This document shows positions 26,421-35,839 of a stretch of DNA of 64,000 nt, piece after piece (position 1 is the stretch's first letter; each line of letters opens with the position of its first letter). The stretch covers positions 11,858 to 75,857 of the forward strand of contig JAABTX010000007.1 of NCBI GenBank assembly GCA_011389655.1. Reading direction: 5' to 3'. The notes beneath the pieces were generated by a model that searched no databases, had not been told where the DNA came from, and saw nothing but the letters and a program-made list of their open reading frames with translations. Position numbers and translations under genes: made by a program. Origin of the DNA: Thioalkalivibrio sp. GTDB lineage: Bacteria > Pseudomonadota > Gammaproteobacteria > Ectothiorhodospirales > Ectothiorhodospiraceae.

Positions 26421-28156
26421 GCGCAGATAGAGTTGTAGTTGATCCCATCACCCGTATCGAGGGTCACCTGCGCATCGAGGCGGAGACGGACAACGAAGGG
26501 CACATCAAGAGCGCATACAGCTCGGGAACCATGGTGCGCGGCCTCGAGATCATCATGCAGGGCCGCGACCCGCGCGATGCCTGGGCCTTCGCTCAGCGCA
26601 TCTGCGGGGTCTGTACCCTGGTGCACGGCATGGCCTCCATCCGTTCGGTCGAGGACGCGCTGGACTACCCGATCCCGCCAAACGCCCAGCTGATCCGCAA
26701 CATGATGAGCGGAGCCCAGTACATCCATGACCACGTGATGCACTTCTATCACCTGCACGCGCTGGACTGGGTGGACGTGGTCTCAGCGCTGGACGCGGAC
26801 CCGAAGGCGACCTCGGAGCTCGCGCAGTCGATCTCGAACTACCGAAACTCCTCGCCCGGATACTTCTCGGATGTGCAGAAGAAGGTGAAGAACCTGGTCG
26901 AGTCCGGTCAGCTCGGGATCTTCGCGAACGGCTACTGGGGCCATCCGGAGTACAAGCTGCCCGCAGAGGCCAACCTGATGGCGGTGGCGCATTACCTCGA
27001 CGCCCTCAGCTGGCAGCGCGACGTGGCCAAGCTGCACGCGGTATTCGGCGGCAAGAACCCGCACCCGAACTTCGTGGTCGGCGGTGCCCCCACCCCGTTC
27101 AGCGGCGGGCCGGAGGGCGGCGGTCAGACCACCCTGAACGACACGGGGCTGAGCATCGTGCGCGACGCGATCCTGCGGATGCAGGAGTTCGTCGAACAGG
27201 TCTACCTGCCCGACACCCTGGCCATCGCCGGCTTCTACAAGGACTGGTTCGAGCGTGGCGAGGGCGTGGGCAACTTCCTGACCTGCGGCGACTTCCCGGC
27301 ATCGGGGTACGGAGACGTGTCCGACTACCTGATCCCGGCGGGCGTGATCCTCGACCGGGACCTGTCGACCATCCACCCGCTGGACCTGAAGGATCCGGAA
27401 CAGGTGCAGGAGTTCATCTCGCATTCCTGGTACGACTACCAGGATGGCAAGGACGTGGGCCTGCATCCGCACGCCGGCGAGACCAAGCTGAACTACACCG
27501 GTCCGAAGCCGCCGTATTCGCATCTCGACGTGGAGAAGGATTACTCGTGGCTGAAGTCCCCGCGCTGGCGTGGACGCCCGATGGAGGTCGGCCCCCTGGC
27601 CCGAGTGCTGATGCTCTATGCCAGCGGTCACGAGCCGACGCGCGATCTGGCCACGATGGCACTGACCCAGCTGGACCTGCCGGTGACGGCGATGTTCTCG
27701 ACCATGGGCCGCACCGCCGCCCGGACGCTGGAGAGCAAGATCATCGCGGACAACATGATGGTCTGGTACGACAACCTGGTAGCCAACCTCAAGAGCGGCG
27801 ACCACAGCACCTTCAACGAGGACCTCTGGAACCCGACGAGCTGGCCGCAGCACGCCAAGGGCGTGGGTTACATGGAGGCGCCGCGGGGTGCACTGACCCA
27901 CTACTCGGTGATCGACGATGGCAAGCTGACCAACTACCAGGCTGTCGTGCCCAGCACCTGGAACGCCGGGCCGCGTGACGCCGAGGGCCAGCCGGGTCCC
28001 TACGAGGCCGCGCTGATGGACAACCACCAGCTGGCGGTCGAGGGGCAGCCTCTGGAGATCCTGCGCACCATCCACAGTTTCGATCCCTGCCTCGCCTGTG
28101 CGGTGCACATGGTCGGACCGGACGGGAAGCCGGGCGTGACAGTCAAGGTCAGCTGA
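26417..28156 (+). CDS. hynL: [NiFe]-hydrogenase large subunit
   Basis: RIEGHLRIE, RICGVCTLVH, and C-terminal DPCLACAVH followed by a 15-aa extension (MVGPDGKPGVTVKVS) of the kind the endopeptidase removes. Confidence 0.95.
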   Translation: MSADRVVVDPITRIEGHLRIEAETDNEGHIKSAYSSGTMVRGLEIIMQGRDPRDAWAFAQRICGVCTLVHGMASIRSVEDALDYPIPPNAQLIRNMMSGAQYIHDHVMHFYHLHALDWVDVVSALDADPKATSELAQSISNYRNSSPGYFSDVQKKVKNLVESGQLGIFANGYWGHPEYKLPAEANLMAVAHYLDALSWQRDVAKLHAVFGGKNPHPNFVVGGAPTPFSGGPEGGGQTTLNDTGLSIVRDAILRMQEFVEQVYLPDTLAIAGFYKDWFERGEGVGNFLTCGDFPASGYGDVSDYLIPAGVILDRDLSTIHPLDLKDPEQVQEFISHSWYDYQDGKDVGLHPHAGETKLNYTGPKPPYSHLDVEKDYSWLKSPRWRGRPMEVGPLARVLMLYASGHEPTRDLATMALTQLDLPVTAMFSTMGRTAARTLESKIIADNMMVWYDNLVANLKSGDHSTFNEDLWNPTSWPQHAKGVGYMEAPRGALTHYSVIDDGKLTNYQAVVPSTWNAGPRDAEGQPGPYEAALMDNHQLAVEGQPLEILRTIHSFDPCLACAVHMVGPDGKPGVTVKVS

Positions 28157-28214
28157 CCGAACCTCCGGAAGCACTGCACGTGCTTCCGGCTTTCTGGCCT
28201 TCACGGCCAGCCCG

Positions 28215-28246
28215 GGCCGGGGGAGAGATCCCGCCGGCCTTTTTTA
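28215..28246 (+). terminator. intrinsic terminator after hynL
   Basis: A GC-rich hairpin (gccgggggagagatcccgccggc) is followed by TTTTTTA. Confidence 0.65.
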
Positions 28247-28252
28247 TCGTTA

Positions 28253-28326
28253 CCCCGTAGGAGCGGCTTCCAGCCGCGATCACGCACGTGCTACCCGATC
28301 GCGGCTGGAAGCCGTTCCTACAGGGG
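28253..28326. repeat. long inverted repeat built from REP family C units (GTAGGAGCGGCTTCCAGCCGCGATC)
   Basis: The arms ccccgtaggagcggcttccagccgcgatc and gatcgcggctggaagccgttcctacagggg flank a 15-nt spacer. The same unit occurs in the 12111-12333 array. Confidence 0.7.
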
Positions 28327-28392
28327 GTTCTGCTCCAGAACCGCAGGAAACCAGCTCCCTGGACGACCCCCCCAACGCCGATTCGAACCGCC

Positions 28393-29283
28393 TCAGGATC
28401 GCTCCGCGACCGCCACCAGCTGCCGGTCGCGCCACAGGCAATAGAACACCCACAGAAAGACCGGCACGTTCATCAACAGGCCATAGAGCAGCGGCAGGAG
28501 ACCCAGTGCCGGCAGTTGCAGGATCGCAAAGGCCACCATCATCGCCACCCCGGCGTTCTGAACCCCGACCTCCACCGTGATCGCGCGCGAGCTCTCCCGG
28601 GGAAGCCCGAACTGCCGGGATGCCCGATAGCCCATCGCCATGGCCGACATGCACAGCAGCAGCACGGCCAGCGTCTCCAGGCTGACCAGCGCCGGCAGGC
28701 GCTGATGGTAGGCAACGAACAGCGCCACCACGATGCCGACCATGGCCACGCCAGTGAAGACCTTGACCACGGGAAGCCAGGCCTGAGCGGTGCGGTCACC
28801 CAGCCACAGGCGCAGCGCCATCCCCAGGGTCACCGGAACCACCGTCACCAGCAGGAGCTGACCCACCGTACTCCAGTAGGGAAGCGCAAACCCCTCCGCG
28901 GCAAGGCCCAGCAACTGGAAATTCCAGCCCATGATCAGCGGCAAGGTAAACGGCACCAGCATCGCCGCGATCGCGGTCAGGCTGACCGAGAGGGCGAGAT
29001 CGCCCTGAACCAGGTAACTGAACATGTTCGAGGTCGCCCCACCCGGCACCAGTGCCACCAGCAGGAGACCCGCGGCCGCCATCGGCGGCAGCGGCAGCAG
29101 CAGCACCAGGACCCAGGCAAGCACGGGCAGTGCGAGCATCTGCAATCCGAGGCCCAGCGCCACCCTGCGGGGGTGCTGCAGAACACGCGTGAAGTCCCGG
29201 GCGGTGAGACTCAGGCCCATGGCCAGCATCACGCTCGCCAGAATCCAGGGCAACACCGCCTGCGGCAACCACTCCCCCGCCAT
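28393..29283 (-). CDS. bile acid:sodium symporter (BASS) family transporter
   Basis: A polytopic membrane protein with GGATSNMFSY and EVGVQNAGVA motifs. The start is trimmed to the ATG at 29283. Confidence 0.85.
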   Translation of the reverse strand: MAGEWLPQAVLPWILASVMLAMGLSLTARDFTRVLQHPRRVALGLGLQMLALPVLAWVLVLLLPLPPMAAAGLLLVALVPGGATSNMFSYLVQGDLALSVSLTAIAAMLVPFTLPLIMGWNFQLLGLAAEGFALPYWSTVGQLLLVTVVPVTLGMALRLWLGDRTAQAWLPVVKVFTGVAMVGIVVALFVAYHQRLPALVSLETLAVLLLCMSAMAMGYRASRQFGLPRESSRAITVEVGVQNAGVAMMVAFAILQLPALGLLPLLYGLLMNVPVFLWVFYCLWRDRQLVAVAERS

Positions 29284-29543
29284 TTCGCTCCCTTGCCATA
29301 CCGATTGGGGCCGGTCCGTCAGACCCGCATGAAGGGGGGTCGCGGATGCTAGACTGCCGCCGCACGGGATAACAGGGCCCTTGTCGCCCTGTGGATACCC
29401 CTGCGGCAAAGTCGGAGGATAGCAGCCACCCCGCCCCGGGCGCACACTTCCCTGGCCGGGATCCGGAGAAGCCGTGGCGCGTGACCCCGGGGCCTCGTTG
29501 CGGCAGGGTTGTCGGGATACAGGATACCGAGGATGCATCTACC

Positions 29544-30416
29544 TTGAATTCCCTTCAGGTCTGGTCGCATACGGTCCGGCCGCGGACCCTGCCCGCCGCG
29601 GTGGGGCCGGTGCTGCTGGGACAGGTCCTGGTGGTGGAGGGCCACTTCTCGTGGACCACCGCGATCCTGTGCGTGATCTGCGCCCTCGCGCTTCAGATCG
29701 CGGTGAATCTGGCCAACGATCTCTTCGACGGGCTGTCCGGCGTTGACCAGGCGGATCGCCTGGGCCCCACGCGTGCGCTGCAGAGTGGGCTGCTGAGCGT
29801 CGGGCAGCTCCGCCTCGGCCTCGTGCTCGCGCTTGGGGTGGCGGTGACCACCGGACTGTGGCTGATCATCTTCGGTCACTGGCTGCTTTGGCTGCTCGGT
29901 GCGCTCGCGGTGCTCGGCGTACTGGGGTACAGCGGCGGACGCCGCCCCTACGCCAATCGCGCACTGGGCGAGGTGGCCGTCTGGCTGTTCTTCGGGCCCG
30001 TGGCGGTCCTGGGCAGCCTGCTCGCCCAGCGCAGTCCGATCGGCATCGAGTCCATCGTGGCCTCGGTGCTGGTCGGTCTCCCGGTCGCTGCGATCCTGGT
30101 GGTGAACAATCTGCGCGACCGCTACGGCGATGCGCGGGCCGGCAAACACACGCTGGCGGTTCGGATCGGCCCGCGCAACACCCGGTTGCTGTTTGCCGGC
30201 CTGGTCGTGGTCCCGGTTCTCTTCGCCCTGCCCGGCGGGCAGCCGGACTGGACCTGGCTGCCCTGGGCCGCCCTGCTCGTCGGCGCCGTGGCGCTGAGCC
30301 GCGAGACCGCCAGGCGGGACGGTCCCGCGCTGAATCCGCTGCTCGGCTGGACCGCGATGTTCTCCCTGCTCTTTGCGCTGTGGCTGGCGGTGCGTTACGG
30401 GGAGATCCTCCTGTGA
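29544..30416 (+). CDS. menA: 1,4-dihydroxy-2-naphthoate polyprenyltransferase
   Basis: UbiA-family motifs (NLANDLFDG, NNLRDRYGDARAGKHTLAVR). The N-terminus LQVWSHTVRPRTLPAA aligns with what I recall as the MenA N-terminus. The start is uncertain: I prefer the TTG at 29544, while the track gives 29391. Confidence 0.75.
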   Translation: MNSLQVWSHTVRPRTLPAAVGPVLLGQVLVVEGHFSWTTAILCVICALALQIAVNLANDLFDGLSGVDQADRLGPTRALQSGLLSVGQLRLGLVLALGVAVTTGLWLIIFGHWLLWLLGALAVLGVLGYSGGRRPYANRALGEVAVWLFFGPVAVLGSLLAQRSPIGIESIVASVLVGLPVAAILVVNNLRDRYGDARAGKHTLAVRIGPRNTRLLFAGLVVVPVLFALPGGQPDWTWLPWAALLVGAVALSRETARRDGPALNPLLGWTAMFSLLFALWLAVRYGEILL

Positions 30417-30513
30417 GCCTGCGGCCGCACGCCAGCGTCGCTGGGCGTTCTGGACGCGAATCCCGCGGTGGCGGATCCTGCCCGCGGATCTCCCCTCACC
30501 GAGGATCGGCACG

Positions 30514-32019
30514 ATGACCACGCACACCCAGCCCGATGCGGTAACCGACGCCCCCGACCGTAAGCTGCGGCTCGTCTTCGGCGCCAGCGGATACATCGGC
30601 ACCCACCTGGTGCCGCGCCTGATGGCCGCGGGCTTCAGCGTGCGGGCGGCGGCGCGCTCACCGGAGGTCCTGCAGGCCCGTGAATGGACCGGGGTCGAAC
30701 TTGTTGCCGCCGACGCCCTCAAGCCGGAGACCCTGGGCGCCGCGCTGCGCGATGTCGATACGGCGTACTACCTGGTGCACTCGATGGCCGCCGGCCGCGA
30801 CTTCGGGCGGATCGACCTGGAGGCCGCGAGCAACTTCGCCGCCGCCGCGGCCGCCGCCGGTGTACGCCGCATCGTGTATCTGGGCGGCCTGGTTCCCCCC
30901 TCCGCCGACACCGAGCACATCGTCTCCCGCGAGCGCACCGGCGACTTGCTCCGCGAGGGGATCGTGCCCGTAACCGAAATCCGCGCCGGCATCATCGTGG
31001 GGCCAGGATCGGCCGCGTTCGAGGTGATGCGCGATCTGGTGTTCCATCTGCCCGTGATGATCACCCCGCGCTGGGTCCTCGCGAAATCCCCACCCATCGC
31101 CCTGGAGAACCTGATGGGCTATTTGGTGCGGGCGCCGGAGGTGCCGGCCACCGAGGGCAGAATCCTCGATGCGGCCGGGCCCGAGCACCTGACCTACGCG
31201 GAGATGATGCGGATACTGGCCGAGGAGGCTGGCAGGCGGCCACCCCGCATCATCCCGGTGCCGCTGCTCACGCCCCGCCTGTCCTCCTACTGGCTGCGCT
31301 TCGTCACCGCCGTCCCTACCCCGGTCGCCCGAGCGTTGATCGAGGGCATGCGCCAGGACTTCATCGCCGACAACACGGAGATCCATCGGCTGATGCCGCA
31401 GGAGCTGCTGGACTTTCGCGCCGCGGTGCGCGCGGCCTTCGAGGCCGAGCGGCGGCACGAGATCGCTGCCCGCTGGACCGAGGGGGCCTTCGCATTCCGG
31501 GACTACCGGCCCGACTACGCCTACTACGCCAAGCGCGCCAGCGGCGAGGCCGTTGCCAAGGCCTCGGTCGAGGACGCGTGGAAGGTGGTCACATCGATCG
31601 GCGGCGGCAATCGGTACTTCTACATGAACACGCTCTGGAAGATACGCGAGATTCTCGACTGGATGGTCGGCGGAGCGGGGCTGAGTTACGGCCGGCGAGA
31701 CCCGGAGGAGCTGCGGGTCGGCGACACCGTCGATTCCTGGCGCGTGATCGCGATGGAACCCGGGCGGCGCCTGACGCTGTTCTTTGGCATGCGTGCACCG
31801 GGCTCGGGCGTGCTGGAGTTCGAGCTCGTACCCGAGGACACCGGCACGCGCATCCGCGCCACCGCATACTGGCACCCGGCAGGCGTCTGGGGACTGCTCT
31901 ACTGGTATGCCCTCGTCCCCGCCCACCTGTTCATCTTCGCGGGCATGACACGGGCGATTGCCCGTCGCGCCGAGGCACTGGCACGTTCCCGGAACGGCGG
32001 CACAGGACCGGACGTCTGA
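30514..32019 (+). CDS. NAD(P)-binding SDR-family protein fused to a DUF2867-like C-terminal domain
   Basis: Rossmann motif VFGASGYIGTHL and a long C-terminal domain ending in a hydrophobic segment. The start is the ATG at 30514. Confidence 0.75.
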   Translation: MTTHTQPDAVTDAPDRKLRLVFGASGYIGTHLVPRLMAAGFSVRAAARSPEVLQAREWTGVELVAADALKPETLGAALRDVDTAYYLVHSMAAGRDFGRIDLEAASNFAAAAAAAGVRRIVYLGGLVPPSADTEHIVSRERTGDLLREGIVPVTEIRAGIIVGPGSAAFEVMRDLVFHLPVMITPRWVLAKSPPIALENLMGYLVRAPEVPATEGRILDAAGPEHLTYAEMMRILAEEAGRRPPRIIPVPLLTPRLSSYWLRFVTAVPTPVARALIEGMRQDFIADNTEIHRLMPQELLDFRAAVRAAFEAERRHEIAARWTEGAFAFRDYRPDYAYYAKRASGEAVAKASVEDAWKVVTSIGGGNRYFYMNTLWKIREILDWMVGGAGLSYGRRDPEELRVGDTVDSWRVIAMEPGRRLTLFFGMRAPGSGVLEFELVPEDTGTRIRATAYWHPAGVWGLLYWYALVPAHLFIFAGMTRAIARRAEALARSRNGGTGPDV

Positions 32020-32034
32020 GCCGGTGACGCCGGC

Positions 32035-32520
32035 TCAGTAACGTCCGTGCTGATGGGAGATGTAGTTGGACATCTCGACGAACTGAGCATTCATACGGTG
32101 CAGGATGTTGTGCCCGACCTGCACGATGTTCTTCATCACCTGATACACGAGCCAGGGATCGGATTCGATCAGCGACTCGAAGTCCCGGCGGTTGAAGGTG
32201 CACACCGTCGGGTTGCCGATCGCGCGCAGGGACGCGCTGTGCGGACGCCCGCCGACGAAGCCCATCTCGCCGGCCAGGTCCCCGCCCTGCAGGATGTGCA
32301 GCGTAACCTCCTGACCGCCGCCGACGTTGCGGGTCACCGCCAGCTTGCCCGAGGTGATCACGCACAGGGCGTCGTCGGTCTCACCCTCCTGAAAAAGCTT
32401 TTCGTTATCGTTAAGCTTGCGGCAGTGCGTGATGCCCGCCAGCCGCTTGACCTGCTCATCGGAGAGCCCCGCGGTCAGCCGCGTATCGCGCAGGTCCGTG
32501 TAGTTGTCGTTTTCGTCCAT
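32035..32520 (-). CDS. cyclic-nucleotide-binding domain protein
   Basis: cNMP-binding signature GGDLAGEMGFVGGRPHSASLRA. The start is the ATG at 32520. Confidence 0.75.
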   Translation of the reverse strand: MDENDNYTDLRDTRLTAGLSDEQVKRLAGITHCRKLNDNEKLFQEGETDDALCVITSGKLAVTRNVGGGQEVTLHILQGGDLAGEMGFVGGRPHSASLRAIGNPTVCTFNRRDFESLIESDPWLVYQVMKNIVQVGHNILHRMNAQFVEMSNYISHQHGRY

Positions 32521-32668
32521 CTTGTCCCCCGGATACCGTGATGGTGTTGCGGCGCACAGTATCCAACCGGGGTCGCCAGAGTTCAATGCCCGGGCGTGAG
32601 CGCGGCACGCCGTTGCGGTGCTCCGGGATCCGGGCCGAAACAGGGGGCTGCCCCAGGGAGCATCGCTG

Positions 32669-33094
32669 ATGCCATCGATCGAAACCCAGGCCCACCTGCC
32701 CGCGGACCCGCACACGGTCTTCAGACTGCTGCGCAACGTGGAAGACTTTCCCCGGTACACCCGGGCGGTGGAGACCGTCACCCCGCTGGGCGGCGAGCGC
32801 TATCAGTGGAGCGTCCGTGTGGGCGGGGTGCGCTACCAGTGGATCATCGAGATCATTCAGAGCCAGGAGCCGGAGCGTCTCACCTGGAAGTCCGTAACCG
32901 GCATCGCGAATACCGGCCGCTACCGGCTGATGCCGGCCAGGGGAGGCACCGATCTGCGCCTGGTGATCGACTACACGCTGAACAGCCGCCTGCTGGACAA
33001 GACCGTCGGGCGCGTCGCCGGTCCGGTCGTGCGCCGCATCAGTGCGGAGGTCCTGGAACGGGTCCAGGAACGCCTGGCCGCGGAGGGTGCCTGA
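32669..33094 (+). CDS. SRPBCC (START/polyketide-cyclase-like) family protein
   Basis: Its size and FPRYTRAVETV...YQW...W are typical of SRPBCC ligand-binding proteins. Confidence 0.65.
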   Translation: MPSIETQAHLPADPHTVFRLLRNVEDFPRYTRAVETVTPLGGERYQWSVRVGGVRYQWIIEIIQSQEPERLTWKSVTGIANTGRYRLMPARGGTDLRLVIDYTLNSRLLDKTVGRVAGPVVRRISAEVLERVQERLAAEGA

Positions 33095-33164
33095 GCACGC
33101 CGCCCCGATCCCCACGATTCGCAAGGGACCGGAATTCCGGCCCGGTCCCCACGTCGAAGACGGT

Positions 33165-34754
33165 ATGAAGCGTACCGCAGACCCAGATCGCGACCGCCTC
33201 GCCGGTGTCCAGGCCGAGACCGGTCTACGCGCCCATTCGGGTCTGTCGGCGGTGGTGCTGCTGTCGTTCCTTTGTCTGACCCTTGCACTCGGGGCATCGC
33301 GAACCGCCGCCGAGACCGATTACGCGGAAGGATCCCGCATCGACTGGAACACCTTCCACCCGGGGCTCTTCCACCGGGCACGCACGGAGAATCGTCCGCT
33401 GTTCCTGTATTTTCACGGGCAGTGGTGCACCTGGTGCCGGGATTTCCAGAACGAGAGCCTGGAGCACGACGGCGTCGTCGACGCAATCCGAGCCGGCTAC
33501 ATCCCGGTGCTGATCGACCTTGACCGTCGCCGTGATCTCTTCACCCGATATGGTGGCCGCGGCCTCCCCTTCGTGGTCATCGTCGATGCGCAGGACGAGG
33601 TCCGGGGCCGGTTCACCGGCCACGTGGGCCCGGCCGACCTGACCCGGCTGCTGACCGAACGCCGGCGCCAGATCTCCGTGACCGGCCGCGAGGTCGCACC
33701 CGCCGACGAGCCGATCGAGACGGTCGAGGCGTTCCGCGGGATGCTGGACGAGGTCTACGATCCGCGCAGCCGGCGGCTCAGCGGCAGCGGAATGTTCGGG
33801 ACCCTGAGCAAGCGCCCGCAGCCCTGGACGCTTGGCTTCCTGCTGCGCCAGGATGAGTGGCAGGAGCGCGTGCGGGCGCTGCTTGATCAGACCATCGAGG
33901 ATCTCTGGGACGCCGAGGAAGGCGGATTCTTCTTCTTCTTCGATCCGGACCAGCCGGATCCGGAGCGGGCGCGCGAGACCTCCAAGCGTCTGGACCAGAA
34001 TGCGGCCTTTCTGTGGCTCTTCTCCGACGCCTATGCGCGTCTGGGGATCCCGGCATACCGCGAAGTGGTGGAACGCAACCTCGACTACCTGCGGAATCAC
34101 CTCTGGGATCCCGGGGAGCAGCGCTTCTTCGGCAGCCAGTTTTCGGATGATCTCTACTACGCCCAGTCCCTGGAGGGGCGGCAGGACCTCGCGCCCCCGC
34201 CGGTCGACCGCACCAGTTTCACCGACGCGTCGAGCCAGATGATCGCCGCACTCGTACACGCCGCCGACGCGCTCGCGGATCCCTCCCTGCTCGACTGGGC
34301 CGGGGCCGCACTGAAGTCCATGCAGCGGGACCTTGGAACCGAGGACGGCTATCTGCATGCACTGCCGCCCGATGGCCCGCCGGAACTCGAGGGCTATCTG
34401 CCGGCCCAGGTCTGGCCGGGGATCGCCTGGCATCTCTATCTGAACGCGACCGGCGCCAGTGACCGGCAACCCGAACTGCGGCTGCTGGAGACCGTTGCAT
34501 CCTTCAAGGACGCGGATCTCGATGCGTACCGCGAGCGCAGGAGCCCGGAACTGGAGCCGTGGGTCGAGACCCGTACCCAGGCGGCGCTGGCATGGTGGCT
34601 CGGCCGGCTCGATCCGTCCGCCGTGGCCGCCGCCGGGATCCGACCGGAGAAGGTCCGCGACCAGTTGTGGATCGTTCCCGGCGACGACCCTGATGACGTG
34701 GCGCTGGGTTTCCGGGCCCTGGAGCGCCCTGCACCCCTGGGGACAGATCTATAA
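33165..34754 (+). CDS. exported thioredoxin-domain protein (DUF255/YyaL-like, with a helical-repeat C-terminal domain)
   Basis: Signal/anchor (LSAVVLLSFLCLTLALG), then a thioredoxin-like FLYFHGQWCTWCRDF (CxxC). A long alpha-helical C-terminal region follows. Confidence 0.7.
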   Translation: MKRTADPDRDRLAGVQAETGLRAHSGLSAVVLLSFLCLTLALGASRTAAETDYAEGSRIDWNTFHPGLFHRARTENRPLFLYFHGQWCTWCRDFQNESLEHDGVVDAIRAGYIPVLIDLDRRRDLFTRYGGRGLPFVVIVDAQDEVRGRFTGHVGPADLTRLLTERRRQISVTGREVAPADEPIETVEAFRGMLDEVYDPRSRRLSGSGMFGTLSKRPQPWTLGFLLRQDEWQERVRALLDQTIEDLWDAEEGGFFFFFDPDQPDPERARETSKRLDQNAAFLWLFSDAYARLGIPAYREVVERNLDYLRNHLWDPGEQRFFGSQFSDDLYYAQSLEGRQDLAPPPVDRTSFTDASSQMIAALVHAADALADPSLLDWAGAALKSMQRDLGTEDGYLHALPPDGPPELEGYLPAQVWPGIAWHLYLNATGASDRQPELRLLETVASFKDADLDAYRERRSPELEPWVETRTQAALAWWLGRLDPSAVAAAGIRPEKVRDQLWIVPGDDPDDVALGFRALERPAPLGTDL

Positions 34755-34764
34755 ATCTGTCCCC
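34739..34764. repeat. GGGGACAGAT / ATCTGTCCCC hairpin (possible bidirectional terminator)
   Basis: A perfect 10-bp stem with loop ctataa. The loop holds the TAA stop of the plus-strand gene (34752-34754) and the TAG stop of the minus-strand gene (34749-34751). Confidence 0.6.
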
Positions 34765-35021
34765 ATTCTTTCCTCCATTCCTTCTGCTTTCCTCGTCGTT
34801 TCTGCCGCCGGCCCTTCCCCCGTCGTTTCCGCTCGACCGTTACCGGATTCCGGCGGAGGCGAGTCGGCGAGGGAGTCGAGCAACCGGATCTCGCCTACAT
34901 CGGACTCAAGCTGCGACGAAGGGCCCTGTCGATCCGGGTGCAGGTAGGACCGGTACAGACCCGATGCCAGATACGCGAGATTCAGACCCAGCAGGAGCAA
35001 CAATACCCAGCGCATGCTCAT
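34749..35021 (-). CDS. small membrane-anchored hypothetical protein
   Basis: MSMRWVLLLLLGLNLAYLASGLY is a TM segment. The ATG at 35021 overlaps the coaX stop as ATGA. I recognised no family. Confidence 0.45.
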   Translation of the reverse strand: MSMRWVLLLLLGLNLAYLASGLYRSYLHPDRQGPSSQLESDVGEIRLLDSLADSPPPESGNGRAETTGEGPAAETTRKAEGMEERMGTDL

Positions 35022-35839
35022 CAAGCAGTGCCCCCCTTCCCCCGGCGGGGCCGCAGATGGCACCACAGACCGTCGAAGACCAGTCCCGGAACCACGTGCA
35101 CGGGGCGCTCGAGCAGGGTCGACAGCCAGCCTGCATCACCACCGGTGAGCCACCACTCCACGCCCTGCTGCGCGCCGCCGGCCTCCGCGCCGAGACGCTG
35201 CACAGCACCCGCGAGGCCGAGCCTCCATCCGTGCAGCAGGGCCTTCCCGGTGTCGTGAGCCGGGAGCACGGCCGAATCCGCCGGGAAGGTCGCACCCGTG
35301 AGGCGCAGTGTCGGCGCCACCTGGGTCTGGAGCGCATCCGTAAACAGGCGATTCACCGCCTCGAGCCCCCCACGCAGGCCGGGCAGTATGTAGCCCCCCA
35401 GATGCCGCCCATCCTCATCCAGCAGGTCGACTGTCACCGCCGTACCGGCATCGACAATCACCGCCGGTTTCCGTGTCCGGGCCACGACGCCCAGCAATGC
35501 GCAGTAGCGATCGGCCCCGAACTGCTGCAGATCGTAGTCCAGCCGCAGCCCCCCGGGACCCTCCGCGCGGGGATGGACACTGACGACCGGTACCCCGCCG
35601 TAACGGGCCCTGAGGGCCGCGCGGAGGCTCTCTTCGCGCTCGGCCATTCCGACGCGCACCATCCAGACCGCCCGGGGCCGGCACTGGGGCAGTTCCGATG
35701 CACTCACTGATGCGGTCCAGTCATGCCGACCCTCCTCCAGCACGAGACCGGTCTCGGAGCGGACCTGCCACTTCAGGCTGGTGCTGCCGAGATCAAACAG
35801 GAGGAACTCAGGCACGGTCCACCCGCCGCACCGAGACAT
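35021..35839 (-). CDS. coaX: type III pantothenate kinase
   Basis: An ASKHA-fold protein (LFDLGSTSLKW, IVDAGTAVTVD) immediately downstream of birA, which is a common arrangement. The start is uncertain (35839 or the GTG at 35815). Confidence 0.8.
   Translation of the reverse strand: MSRCGGWTVPEFLLFDLGSTSLKWQVRSETGLVLEEGRHDWTASVSASELPQCRPRAVWMVRVGMAEREESLRAALRARYGGVPVVSVHPRAEGPGGLRLDYDLQQFGADRYCALLGVVARTRKPAVIVDAGTAVTVDLLDEDGRHLGGYILPGLRGGLEAVNRLFTDALQTQVAPTLRLTGATFPADSAVLPAHDTGKALLHGWRLGLAGAVQRLGAEAGGAQQGVEWWLTGGDAGWLSTLLERPVHVVPGLVFDGLWCHLRPRRGKGGTA

Noticed and set aside
26417-28156. Whether either large subunit is a selenocysteine ([NiFeSe]) type, or contains a recoded TGA.
   Set aside because: Both large subunits end in DPCxxCxxH with Cys codons (DPCLACAVH, DPCISCATH). 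Both reading frames are uninterrupted, so no in-frame TGA needs explaining.
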